Below, piece by piece: positions 30,001-38,452 of a stretch of DNA of 64,000 nucleotides; positions within the stretch are counted from its first letter, which is position 1; each line of letters begins with the position of its first letter. The DNA lies in contig CAKVNK010000002.1 in the NCBI GenBank assembly GCA_934777435.1, positions 27,005 to 91,004 on the forward strand. Reading direction: 5' to 3'. The stretch is from an uncultured Clostridia bacterium (GTDB lineage: Bacteria; Bacillota; Clostridia; Christensenellales; UBA1242). The notes beneath the pieces were generated by a model. That model saw only the letters and a list, made by a program, of their open reading frames with translations, did not search any database and was not told the origin of the DNA. The translations under genes were made by a program, and so were the position numbers.

Positions 30001-31455
30001 ATGAAAGTTGATGCAGTTAAAACCTTTGAAGAAATTAAACAAAAACTGCACGAAAGCGGAGATTTGTTAAACCGTAGCGTGCAGTTTTTTGGCACGCAAA
30101 TTATGCTTGTTTTTGTGGCTGATTTAGTGGACGACCAACTATTGAGTGATTCAGTGGTTCACACAATGTGCTGTTATTCAGGGCAAATAAAACAAGATGT
30201 GGTGACAGAACTTAAAAATAAAGTGTTGGCAGATTGTTCACTCAGTTCGGCTTATGATTTAGATGAAGCCATATCAAAACTTTTGCAAGGTAATTGCCTT
30301 TTGCTTGTGGACGGAGCAGAAGAAATTTTATCCGCCAATGTTGAAAAAATTGTTGTTAGGGCAGTTGCTGAACCGCCAACAAGTGTGGTTATTAAAGGGC
30401 CAAGAGAAGGCTTTAACGAAAGCATAAAATATAACCTTAACCTTATTCGCCGTAGGGTTAAATCTGATGACTTGGTTGTAAACACACTTGAAATAGGCAA
30501 ACTTACAAAAACGCAAGTGGCAGTGGTTTACTTTAACTCGGTGGCGGATAAAAAGGTTGTTAAACATATTTTAAAACGTTTAAAAGATATTGAGATAGAC
30601 GGCGTGATAGACAGCCACTATCTTGTATCTTTTTTGCAGAAAAACCCAAAGTCACTTTTTAAGCAAGTGGGTGACACTGAAAAACCAGATATTTTGGTTG
30701 GCAAAATGCTGGAAGGCAGAGTTGGAATTTTAGTTGACGGAAGCCCGATTGTTTTAACTTTGCCATTTATCCTTATTGAAGATTTGCAAAACAGTGACGA
30801 TTATTACAGTCAGCCTATACGTGTGACATTTGTGCGTATTTTGCGTTTTGTGGGCGTTATTTTGGCAGTGCTGTTGCCTGGTATGTATGTGGCACTTGAA
30901 AAATTCCATTATAAAATTTTGCCACTTGAATTTTTGGTTACAATTATGAACACAACGCAGGGAATACCATTTTCACCATTTATGGAAGTGCTGTTTATTG
31001 TGTTGTTGTTTGAAATTCTGTACGAAGCCAATTTGCGTATGCCACAATATTTTGGTATGGCAATGAGCATTGTTGGTGCGTTGATTTTGGGCGAAACAGC
31101 GGTAAATGCTGGGTTGGTTAGCCCACCGGCAGTTATGATTGTGGCACTTTCTGGTATCACATTTTATATTGTACCAAGCCAAGCGGCACAGTTTAGTATG
31201 TTGCGTTTGCTTGTGCTGATTATTGGTGCAAGTTTGGGGCTTTATGGTGTGATTGTTTTTTGCGTGCTGATTGTGGCATATTTAAGCAGTTTTGATAGTT
31301 ATAATTCTGCATATCTTGCACCAACTGCACCTTATATTGCCAGCGACCAAAAGGATATGTTTAAACGCACAACCATAAAAGAGATGATAAAAAGGCCAAA
31401 ATCCATTGCTAACAACAAGCATAATTTGGATAGGAGGCGTGACGATGAAGATTAA
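30001..31455 (+). CDS. Spore germination receptor subunit A (GerA/GerKA family)
   Basis: GerA-family signature region AEPPTSVVIKGPREGFNESIKYNLNLIRRRVKS and a C-terminal 5-6 TM block. Confidence 0.9.
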   Translation: MKVDAVKTFEEIKQKLHESGDLLNRSVQFFGTQIMLVFVADLVDDQLLSDSVVHTMCCYSGQIKQDVVTELKNKVLADCSLSSAYDLDEAISKLLQGNCLLLVDGAEEILSANVEKIVVRAVAEPPTSVVIKGPREGFNESIKYNLNLIRRRVKSDDLVVNTLEIGKLTKTQVAVVYFNSVADKKVVKHILKRLKDIEIDGVIDSHYLVSFLQKNPKSLFKQVGDTEKPDILVGKMLEGRVGILVDGSPIVLTLPFILIEDLQNSDDYYSQPIRVTFVRILRFVGVILAVLLPGMYVALEKFHYKILPLEFLVTIMNTTQGIPFSPFMEVLFIVLLFEILYEANLRMPQYFGMAMSIVGALILGETAVNAGLVSPPAVMIVALSGITFYIVPSQAAQFSMLRLLVLIIGASLGLYGVIVFCVLIVAYLSSFDSYNSAYLAPTAPYIASDQKDMFKRTTIKEMIKRPKSIANNKHNLDRRRDDED

Positions 31456-32701
31456 TTATAGGCAAGTTAGTTTGCTGGTGATGATGAGTTTTATTTCAGT
31501 TAAACTTATGGCATTACCAAGTTTGTTATCTCATGACGCTGACAATATGGGTTGGATTGTGCCAGCCGTGATGATGCTTGTTGATTTTGTGTATGCCTTG
31601 TTGTTGCTTGATTTGATGAAGAAAAATGAAACGCAAAATTTTTATGAATTTGCAAAACAAACGCTGGGCGTGGTTGTGGCAAAAATTGTGCTTGCAATTT
31701 TGGCTTGCTATTATGCCATTGTGCTTGCAATAATCGGCAAAGGGTTGGAACTGTTTATAATTCAAAACCTTTATGAAGAAATGTCTTGGTTTTTGTTTGG
31801 CGTTCCACTTATGGCTGTGGTTGGCTTTATGGTTTATAAAGGGGTACGCAACATTGCAAGGGTTTGTGAATTTTTTTGGATACCAGTTGTTGTGGCGTGT
31901 GTGTATATTGCGGTTAAAGCGTTTCAAGGTGTTGATATAACAAGTTTTTTACCTATGTTTCAGCAAGGCGTAAAGCCAGTGGCTTGGGCAATGTTTAAAT
32001 ATATTGCATGGTTTGGTTCTTCAACATTTTTGCTTATGCTGTTTGGAGATGTGGAGTTTGGCAACGAAAAAAAACGCAACCTTATTTTGTTTTGTTTGAT
32101 TGCATATGTTGTGGTGCAACTGCTTAACTTTGTGTTCTATGGTTTGTTTGGTGTAACCAGCCCAACGCACCAGTTTAGCATAAGTGATATTGCACAATTT
32201 AATGGTTCACGTTCCAGCATTGGTGAACTATCTTGGCTTGTGGTTAGTTTGTGGGTTGTGGCACAAATTGCACAATTTGCCCTTTACGGATATTGTTTTG
32301 TTAAGGCAATTATGTTTTTGTTTAACATAAAATCACCAACAGTAGGCATTTTGTTTTTGTATGCTTATATTATCTTTTGGGGTGTGTGGGGTACAAAAAC
32401 CATGCAACCAGAAGTAATATTTTATCAACCAATCACCAGTTGGCTAACCATTGTTGTGGCATATATTTTGCCTATCGTTTTGTGGATAGGACATGGGGTA
32501 AATGTGCATAAACAAAAGGTTAAAAATGCAAAACAGCAAACTGAACAACAACCTATTGAAGATACAGCGGGGCAGTCAATAGACAACACTTCAAGCGGTG
32601 GGCAGATTAAAAAAGCAGAGCAACTGAAATTAGCAAATGTAGAGAATAAAAAGCAGAAAACAAACGGCAAACTAAAAGGGGTGGAACATGAAAAAGTTTA
32701 A
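31445..32701 (+). CDS. Spore germination receptor subunit B (GerAB/Spore_permease family)
   Basis: SD GGAGG before ATG 31445, overlapping the subunit-A stop. ~10 TM APC-type permease. Unusual ~65-aa hydrophilic K/Q-rich C-terminal tail. Confidence 0.85.
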   Translation: MKINYRQVSLLVMMSFISVKLMALPSLLSHDADNMGWIVPAVMMLVDFVYALLLLDLMKKNETQNFYEFAKQTLGVVVAKIVLAILACYYAIVLAIIGKGLELFIIQNLYEEMSWFLFGVPLMAVVGFMVYKGVRNIARVCEFFWIPVVVACVYIAVKAFQGVDITSFLPMFQQGVKPVAWAMFKYIAWFGSSTFLLMLFGDVEFGNEKKRNLILFCLIAYVVVQLLNFVFYGLFGVTSPTHQFSISDIAQFNGSRSSIGELSWLVVSLWVVAQIAQFALYGYCFVKAIMFLFNIKSPTVGILFLYAYIIFWGVWGTKTMQPEVIFYQPITSWLTIVVAYILPIVLWIGHGVNVHKQKVKNAKQQTEQQPIEDTAGQSIDNTSSGGQIKKAEQLKLANVENKKQKTNGKLKGVEHEKV

Positions 32702-33926
32702 GTCTATTTTCAGCCCAAGCAAAATTTTAGTTTTGATGTTTATTCTGCTTTTGATTGTGACAATACCAGAATTCACAAAGCCAGCCATGAGCCAAACCGA
32801 AGCGATTGTAACCTTTTTATGCGTTGATAAAGAGGAACAGGATTTCAGGGTGGGTGCGAGTGTGTTGTCGACTGCTGATGGCAAAAAACCAAACTACACC
32901 TTTTATTATGCAAATGGGCAAACTTTGGGTGACGCTATGGATAATGTTTCACTTGCTATCGGTAAAGAAATGGGGTTTTCACAGTGTGAAGTTATGGCTT
33001 TTGGCGACCAACTTTGTGAGGACGGGGTTATAAGTGCACTTGATTTTATGGTTAGGCTTAAAAAAGTCAGCCGTAATGCAATGCTTATCAACTTTGGCGG
33101 TGATATAAAAGATTTCACAAAAGCATTGTATAAATTGTTCACTGAAAAACAACTTAAAATTGAACAAATTATAAATTTTGATAAAAAATATATTCTTTCA
33201 ACTGATAGCAGTATTGACAATTTTTATCGTGGATATTTCAGCCCAATTTCTGTTGGCGTGTTGCCCAAAATGACAGTTTTAAAACAAGAAACTGACAATG
33301 CAATTCAAGTTCAATCTTCTGGCGAAGGACAATCGCAAGGCCCTGAAACAAACGGAGCGGAAATGCAAAAGGAAGAAGAATTATATTTACTTAATGACGG
33401 CACAATGGGTGTGTTTAAAAAGGGTAAAAAGCAGTTGGAACTAGATTTTGCCACCGTGCAAGAAATGAATTTGTTTGTGAACAAAGATTATCAAGGCTTG
33501 ATTAATATTACAGATGTGACCGACCATATTTATGACCATGCGACAGTGGTTATGAACATAACAAAAACTGCACCAAAAATTAAAGTGAGTTTTGACAATG
33601 ATAAACCAGTTTTTAATTTAGATTTAACTTTAACCATGTATATTGAAGAAATTGTGCAAGATGAACAATCTTCAACTTTTATGCGTAGGAACAAAGAGTT
33701 TTACACAAAAACACTTTTAAACCGAATTGAACAAAAAGTTTTAAATCAACTTGAAACGGCTTCTAAATATTGTGTTGATAACAACATTGATGTTATAAAT
33801 GTTTATAAAAATTTTAACTGTTTTAAACCAAAACAATTTAAACAATATTTAAAACAGGTTGGGCAAGAAAATTATTTGCAAGGCATTGATTTTAAGTTTA
33901 ATGTTAAAATTGAAAGTGCATATTAA
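32688..33926 (+). CDS. Spore germination receptor subunit C (Ger(x)C family)
   Basis: SD AAAGGGGTGG. Overlaps the subunit-B stop. The EAIVTFLCVDKE start of the Ger(x)C N-domain, the size and the operon position all fit. There is no Cys at the end of the N-terminal hydrophobic segment. Confidence 0.8.
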   Translation: MKKFKSIFSPSKILVLMFILLLIVTIPEFTKPAMSQTEAIVTFLCVDKEEQDFRVGASVLSTADGKKPNYTFYYANGQTLGDAMDNVSLAIGKEMGFSQCEVMAFGDQLCEDGVISALDFMVRLKKVSRNAMLINFGGDIKDFTKALYKLFTEKQLKIEQIINFDKKYILSTDSSIDNFYRGYFSPISVGVLPKMTVLKQETDNAIQVQSSGEGQSQGPETNGAEMQKEEELYLLNDGTMGVFKKGKKQLELDFATVQEMNLFVNKDYQGLINITDVTDHIYDHATVVMNITKTAPKIKVSFDNDKPVFNLDLTLTMYIEEIVQDEQSSTFMRRNKEFYTKTLLNRIEQKVLNQLETASKYCVDNNIDVINVYKNFNCFKPKQFKQYLKQVGQENYLQGIDFKFNVKIESAY

Positions 33927-34008
33927 TTTATTATAAAATTAAACAAAATGTTGCATTTAATTTGATAAACAAATTTTTATCAAAGCACAACATTATGTGA
34001 TTGAAAAA

Positions 34009-34040
34009 TAAAAAATACACCAGTTTTGGTGTATTTTTTG
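34009..34040. terminator. Bidirectional intrinsic terminator (gerC / pheT convergent)
   Basis: A-run, then ATACACC-AGTTTT-GGTGTAT, then T-run. Confidence 0.75.
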
Positions 34041-34204
34041 TGGATAAGTTTTGTTTTTGTTTTAGCAAAAAGTGGAATTAGATAATTTTAAATTTTAATT
34101 AAAGTTTTAAAAGTTTTTATGTTTTTTAAAATTTTGCAACCTTTTAAAACTTTTAAGTGTTTTTTGTTTTAAATTTGATCACTTTAATTTAAAAATAAAT
34201 TTTT

Positions 34205-36589
34205 TTATGCACGAAGGCTTGCGTTTAATGTGGAAATTTCTGCTTGCAAAACGTGGTCTACAATAGGTGAGATTTCAGTTTCAGCCAATGGCTTTTCACC
34301 TTGACGGATATTCAAAGTGAAAGCAACACTCTTTTTATGTTCGCCAAGTGTATCGCTGACATAAACGTCAAACACTTTTGCACTTACAATATTTTGTTTA
34401 TCAGCTTTTAATGCAACTTTGATGATTTCACTTGCCGGAGTGTCACGGTCAACAACAATGGCAAGGTCACGTGTGATATATGGTAATTTATCTGGAGCAC
34501 TGCCTGTGTGACGGTCGTTCAAACGGCAAATCACATTGCTTAAATTGATTTCTGCCATAAACACTTTTTGGTTAATATCAAAGTTTTTCAAAATGGTTGG
34601 GTGAACTTCACCAATTTCACCAATCTTGCGATTGTACAAATAAATATCTGCACAAATGCCAGGGTGGAACATATGGTTTTGTGCTTGGCGATATTCAAGG
34701 GTGACGCCAATGCTTGCCATAATTTTGTTAAGGCGATTTTTAAGGTTATAGAAATCGTAATCACCAGTTAAACTTAAACACAAATTGTTATGTTCGTCTG
34801 GTAATTCGGTTAAAGGAAGTTGCTTTGCAATAAACACACGTGCCAATTCAAACAATTTAAGGTTTTTGTTGCCTTGTTTTAAATTGAAACTGATTGTGTT
34901 AAGCATACCCGGCATAAGGCTGGTACGCACAACGCTATAGTCTTGACCAATAGGGTTGGCAATAATAATATGTTTTGCCAAATCAAGCCCTGCATTTTGA
35001 ATTGTTTTTGGACTGCCAAATTGCCATGTAAGTGTTTCATCAAAACCAAACAAGGCACTATTAACTTTAAGTTTGTTGATATTTTTTTGTTCAACAGTTA
35101 ATTCACCAACTGTGTGGAAATCTGTTGAAGTGATATCTTCAATGCTGATTTTATCCAAGCCATAAATACGGCCAACTTCTTCACAAATATCGCACTCACG
35201 TTCAATGTCTGTTCTTTCGCAAGGTATGGTTGAAATAAGTTTGTCGCTATCTTGTTTATCAATGATTGTTGCAATATCAAGTGAATTTAAAATTTTAACC
35301 ATTTCTTCGGCTGGGATAGTAAGGCCAAGGCGTTCATTGATACGTGTGACACTGCTGATAACTTGCCTTAATTTTGGCAATTCAGTGTGAACGTCCACAA
35401 TTTGTTTTGAAATTGTGCCAGCGTTAAGTTTTGTGATGATGTTAAGGGCACGTTTTAAACCAACTTCGGTGTTTTCAATGTTGACACCTTTGCTGTAACG
35501 GATACTGCTGTCGCTTAACATACCAAGGGCATGGCATGAACGGCGGATATTTGCAAAATTGAAGTTTGCACTTTCCAACATAACGTCAGTTGTTGTTTCA
35601 TATGTGCCAGATTCCATACCACCCATAATGCCGGCAATAACCATAGGTTCATTTGCATTGGCAATAACAAGGTTATCTTTGGTAAGTTCGTGCTCTTTTT
35701 CGTCCAAAGTTAAAAGTTTTTCATTTTCTTTTGCACGGCGAACAATAATTTTGTTGCCAGCAATTTTACTTAAATCAAAAGCGTGCATAGGTTGACCAAC
35801 TTCCAACAATACGTAGTTTGTTATATCTACATAAAGTGAGTGTGGGGTGTGGTCAAGCAGGGTAAGACGTTTTTGCATTATTGCAGGGCTAACACCATTT
35901 TTAACATTTTCCACAACAACACTTTCATATCTTGGGCAAAGGTCAGTTGCTTCAACTGTTACGTCAACAGTGCGGTTGCCAGTTGCTGTGTAAGTTAAAT
36001 CAAGTGGTTTAACTGGAAGGCTGAAAATTGCACTAATTTCTTTTGCTATGCCATAAATAGAATTGCAGTCAGCACGGTTTGGAAGCACGTTAATGTCTAA
36101 CACAACTTCGTTTAAACCAAGCACTTCCGCCACTGGTGTGCCTGGCACACAATCTGGGGCTAAAATCAACAAGCCGTCAACACTTGCACCTGGGTAAATG
36201 CTGTCGTTAATGCCTAATTCGTCACCACCGCAGAACATACCATTGCTGGCAACACCACGAAGTTCACCATTTTTGATGCAAGCACCACAAGGTAAGCATG
36301 CACCGTCAAGTGCCAAAGCTACATTGTCGCCAACTTTCATATTTGTTGCGTGGGTTACAATTTGTGTTTTGCCAAAACCATATGTGCATTGACAAACAAC
36401 CAATTTATCTGCGTTTGGATGACGGGTTATTTCAGTGATGTTTGCAACAACCACATGGTCAAGTCCAGCAGATTTATCAATAACTTCTTCCACTTCAAAA
36501 CCGGCATCGGTTAAACCTTTAACCAAAGTTTTTAACTCTATGTTTGAAGTGTCTACATAATCATTAATCCATGATAATAATACTTTCAT
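34205..36589 (-). CDS. pheT: Phenylalanine--tRNA ligase beta subunit
   Basis: 794 aa. The N-terminal tRNA-binding domain, B3/4 and B5 domains and C-terminal FDX-ACB domain are recognisable. SD AAAGGAGAA. 23 nt downstream of pheS. Confidence 0.97.
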   Translation of the reverse strand: MKVLLSWINDYVDTSNIELKTLVKGLTDAGFEVEEVIDKSAGLDHVVVANITEITRHPNADKLVVCQCTYGFGKTQIVTHATNMKVGDNVALALDGACLPCGACIKNGELRGVASNGMFCGGDELGINDSIYPGASVDGLLILAPDCVPGTPVAEVLGLNEVVLDINVLPNRADCNSIYGIAKEISAIFSLPVKPLDLTYTATGNRTVDVTVEATDLCPRYESVVVENVKNGVSPAIMQKRLTLLDHTPHSLYVDITNYVLLEVGQPMHAFDLSKIAGNKIIVRRAKENEKLLTLDEKEHELTKDNLVIANANEPMVIAGIMGGMESGTYETTTDVMLESANFNFANIRRSCHALGMLSDSSIRYSKGVNIENTEVGLKRALNIITKLNAGTISKQIVDVHTELPKLRQVISSVTRINERLGLTIPAEEMVKILNSLDIATIIDKQDSDKLISTIPCERTDIERECDICEEVGRIYGLDKISIEDITSTDFHTVGELTVEQKNINKLKVNSALFGFDETLTWQFGSPKTIQNAGLDLAKHIIIANPIGQDYSVVRTSLMPGMLNTISFNLKQGNKNLKLFELARVFIAKQLPLTELPDEHNNLCLSLTGDYDFYNLKNRLNKIMASIGVTLEYRQAQNHMFHPGICADIYLYNRKIGEIGEVHPTILKNFDINQKVFMAEINLSNVICRLNDRHTGSAPDKLPYITRDLAIVVDRDTPASEIIKVALKADKQNIVSAKVFDVYVSDTLGEHKKSVAFTLNIRQGEKPLAETEISPIVDHVLQAEISTLNASLRA

Positions 36590-36612
36590 TTTATTCTCCT
36601 TTGACTACTCGC

Positions 36613-37635
36613 CTATTTGAATTGTTCAATAAATCTCACATCGTTTTCGAACATGACTTTTGCATTTGGAATTTTATAACGCATTTTTGGGAAGCGGTCG
36701 AAACCAAAACCAAACGCATAGCCACTATAAACATTAGGGTCAATGCCGTTCATTTCCAAAACGTGTGGGTGAATCATACCTGCACCCAAAATTTCATATT
36801 GACCTGCACCTTTACATGCTGGGCAACCTTTACCTTTACATACGTTGCACTCTGCATCTACTTCAACACTTGGTTCAGTAAATGGGAAGAAACTTGCCCT
36901 GAATTTTGTTTTTGTTGCTTCGCCAAGATATTTTTTCAAAATAAGGCTAAGGTCGTGTTTTAAATCAGCCAAAGAAACTTTTTTGTCAATGTAAATACCT
37001 TCAAGTTGGTGGAAGGCTGGGGTGTGGGTTGCGTCTATTTCGTCCTTACGGAACACACGGCCAAAACTGAACACTTTGAAAGGTGGTTTGATTTTTTCCA
37101 TGGCTCTTGGTTGAGTGTTGCTGGTTTGTGTACGCATCAAAATTTCTGGTGTGATATAAAGGCTATCTTGCATATCACGGCTTGGGTGGTCTTTTGGAAC
37201 ATTAACCAATTCAAAGTTGTATTTATCCAACTCAATTTCTGGGCCGTCAATTTGGCTGAAACCCATACCAGTTAAAATTTCGCCCATACGGATAAAGTCG
37301 ATTGTAACAGGGTGAAGTGCACCAATTTCATCGGTGTTTGAGTCTAATGTAACATCAATTTTTTCACTCATCAATTTTTCATTAAGTTCAGTGTCTGCAA
37401 GGATTGTTTCTTTTGCGTCAATCAACTGTTCGGCTTCGGTTTTGGCTTTGTTTAAAAGTTGCCCCATTTCTTGTTTTTGTTCTTTTGGAACATCTTTCAT
37501 AAAGCGGAAAAGTTCAGTCAATTTACCTGATTTACCCAAAACTTCAACACGCAAAGCCTGACATTTTGCACTTGTTTTAATTTCTTCAATTTTTTCTTTA
37601 ACATAAGTTAAAATTTCTTTAATTTTATTTTGCAT
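36613..37635 (-). CDS. pheS: Phenylalanine--tRNA ligase alpha subunit
   Basis: 340 aa. Class II motifs (FRKDEIDATHTPAFHQLEG, GFGFDR). SD AAGGGAGAA. Confidence 0.97.
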   Translation of the reverse strand: MQNKIKEILTYVKEKIEEIKTSAKCQALRVEVLGKSGKLTELFRFMKDVPKEQKQEMGQLLNKAKTEAEQLIDAKETILADTELNEKLMSEKIDVTLDSNTDEIGALHPVTIDFIRMGEILTGMGFSQIDGPEIELDKYNFELVNVPKDHPSRDMQDSLYITPEILMRTQTSNTQPRAMEKIKPPFKVFSFGRVFRKDEIDATHTPAFHQLEGIYIDKKVSLADLKHDLSLILKKYLGEATKTKFRASFFPFTEPSVEVDAECNVCKGKGCPACKGAGQYEILGAGMIHPHVLEMNGIDPNVYSGYAFGFGFDRFPKMRYKIPNAKVMFENDVRFIEQFK

Positions 37636-37689
37636 AATTTCTCCCTTTTAAATTAAGCACCTTAATAAACTAAATACCCCTATAAAAAC

Positions 37690-38075
37690 AAAAAACGCCC
37701 TATATCAGGACGAACAATTTTCGTGGTACCACCTAACTTTGTCGCAATCGCTTTATCTTGCTAGTTTGCTACACACAGTTTCGCAAACGTAAGCCTATCG
37801 AAGCGATTGCTCCTAACCCCACCAAACCCACTACGTTAGGCTTTAAGCGGGGACCCCGATATAAGTTTACCTTGTTTTGTTTGCATTTATATGTTGCAAA
37901 TGCGATTGTAACCTTGTTTCATTTTCACAGTTTTGTCTGGCTCGCCTTAATGATTTTCACCTTTACCAGCAAGCAACTCAGATGTTGAAATTCACACTCA
38001 ATGCTGAACATAATTGCCTTTCAGCCTAGGGCAATCTCTCTAATATGAAGCAATGGTGCTACTGACACACCGTCA
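37690..38075 (-). promoter_or_regulatory. T-box riboswitch leader of pheST (Phe specifier)
   Basis: All on the minus strand. T-box AAAGTTAGGTGGTACCACGA at 37740-37721. The antiterminator has a 7-nt bulge UGGUACC between AGG/CCU and ACGAA/UUCGU helices. The competing terminator is CGUCCU-GAUAU-AGGGCG plus U6 (37712-37690). The AGAGAG box is at 38041-38036. The candidate specifier UUC followed by A is at 37989-37987. Stem III is GCAAUCGCUU..AAGCGAUUGC. Confidence 0.9.
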
Positions 38076-38081
38076 TAGTTG

Positions 38082-38110
38082 TTATTAAGATGTTTGCAAA
38101 AACATTGCAA
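38082..38110 (-). promoter_or_regulatory. Candidate sigma-A promoter of the pheST leader
   Basis: On the minus strand: TTGCAA (38110-38105), 17-nt spacer, TAATAA (38087-38082). Confidence 0.35.
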
Positions 38111-38195
38111 TATGCCTATATTCTAAATCAAAAAAAACATTTCGTCAACCAAAAAGAAGATTATTATAAAATAAAAGTTTGCAAGTTGTTGCCTT

Positions 38196-38265
38196 AAAAA
38201 GATATGTTGTTTTAAATTGCATAAACAAGATGTTATTTTAAATTAAAAAGAATGTTGATTTATTG
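38196..38265 (+). repeat. Three ~22-nt direct repeats (AAnAAGAtATGTTgTTTTAAATT-like)
   Basis: aaaaagatatgttgttttaaatt (38196-38218), aaacaagatgttattttaaatt (38223-38244) and aaaaagaatgttgatttattg (38245-38265). Located in the divergent pheST / coiled-coil-gene control region. Confidence 0.6.
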
Positions 38266-38308
38266 TAATCACACTGCCGATAAGTTTGTATTTTGTTGGT
38301 AAAAATAT

Positions 38309-38360
38309 GCTTTTAAAGACTTACTTTTTGCTTTTAAAAACTTATTTTTTGCTTTTAATT
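38309..38360 (+). repeat. 2.5 copies of a 21-nt tandem repeat (T/A-tract rich)
   Basis: gcttttaaagacttacttttt / gcttttaaaaacttatttttt / gcttttaatt. The 21-nt period equals two helical turns. It lies ~100 nt upstream of ATG 38453. Confidence 0.85.
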
Positions 38361-38452
38361 GCCATTTATTTGGTTTTTGTTGGGATATTTAACAAGTTAA
38401 ATATATTGATTTTTGTTTGTTTTTGTGTTACACTCAAATTAAGAGGAAATAT

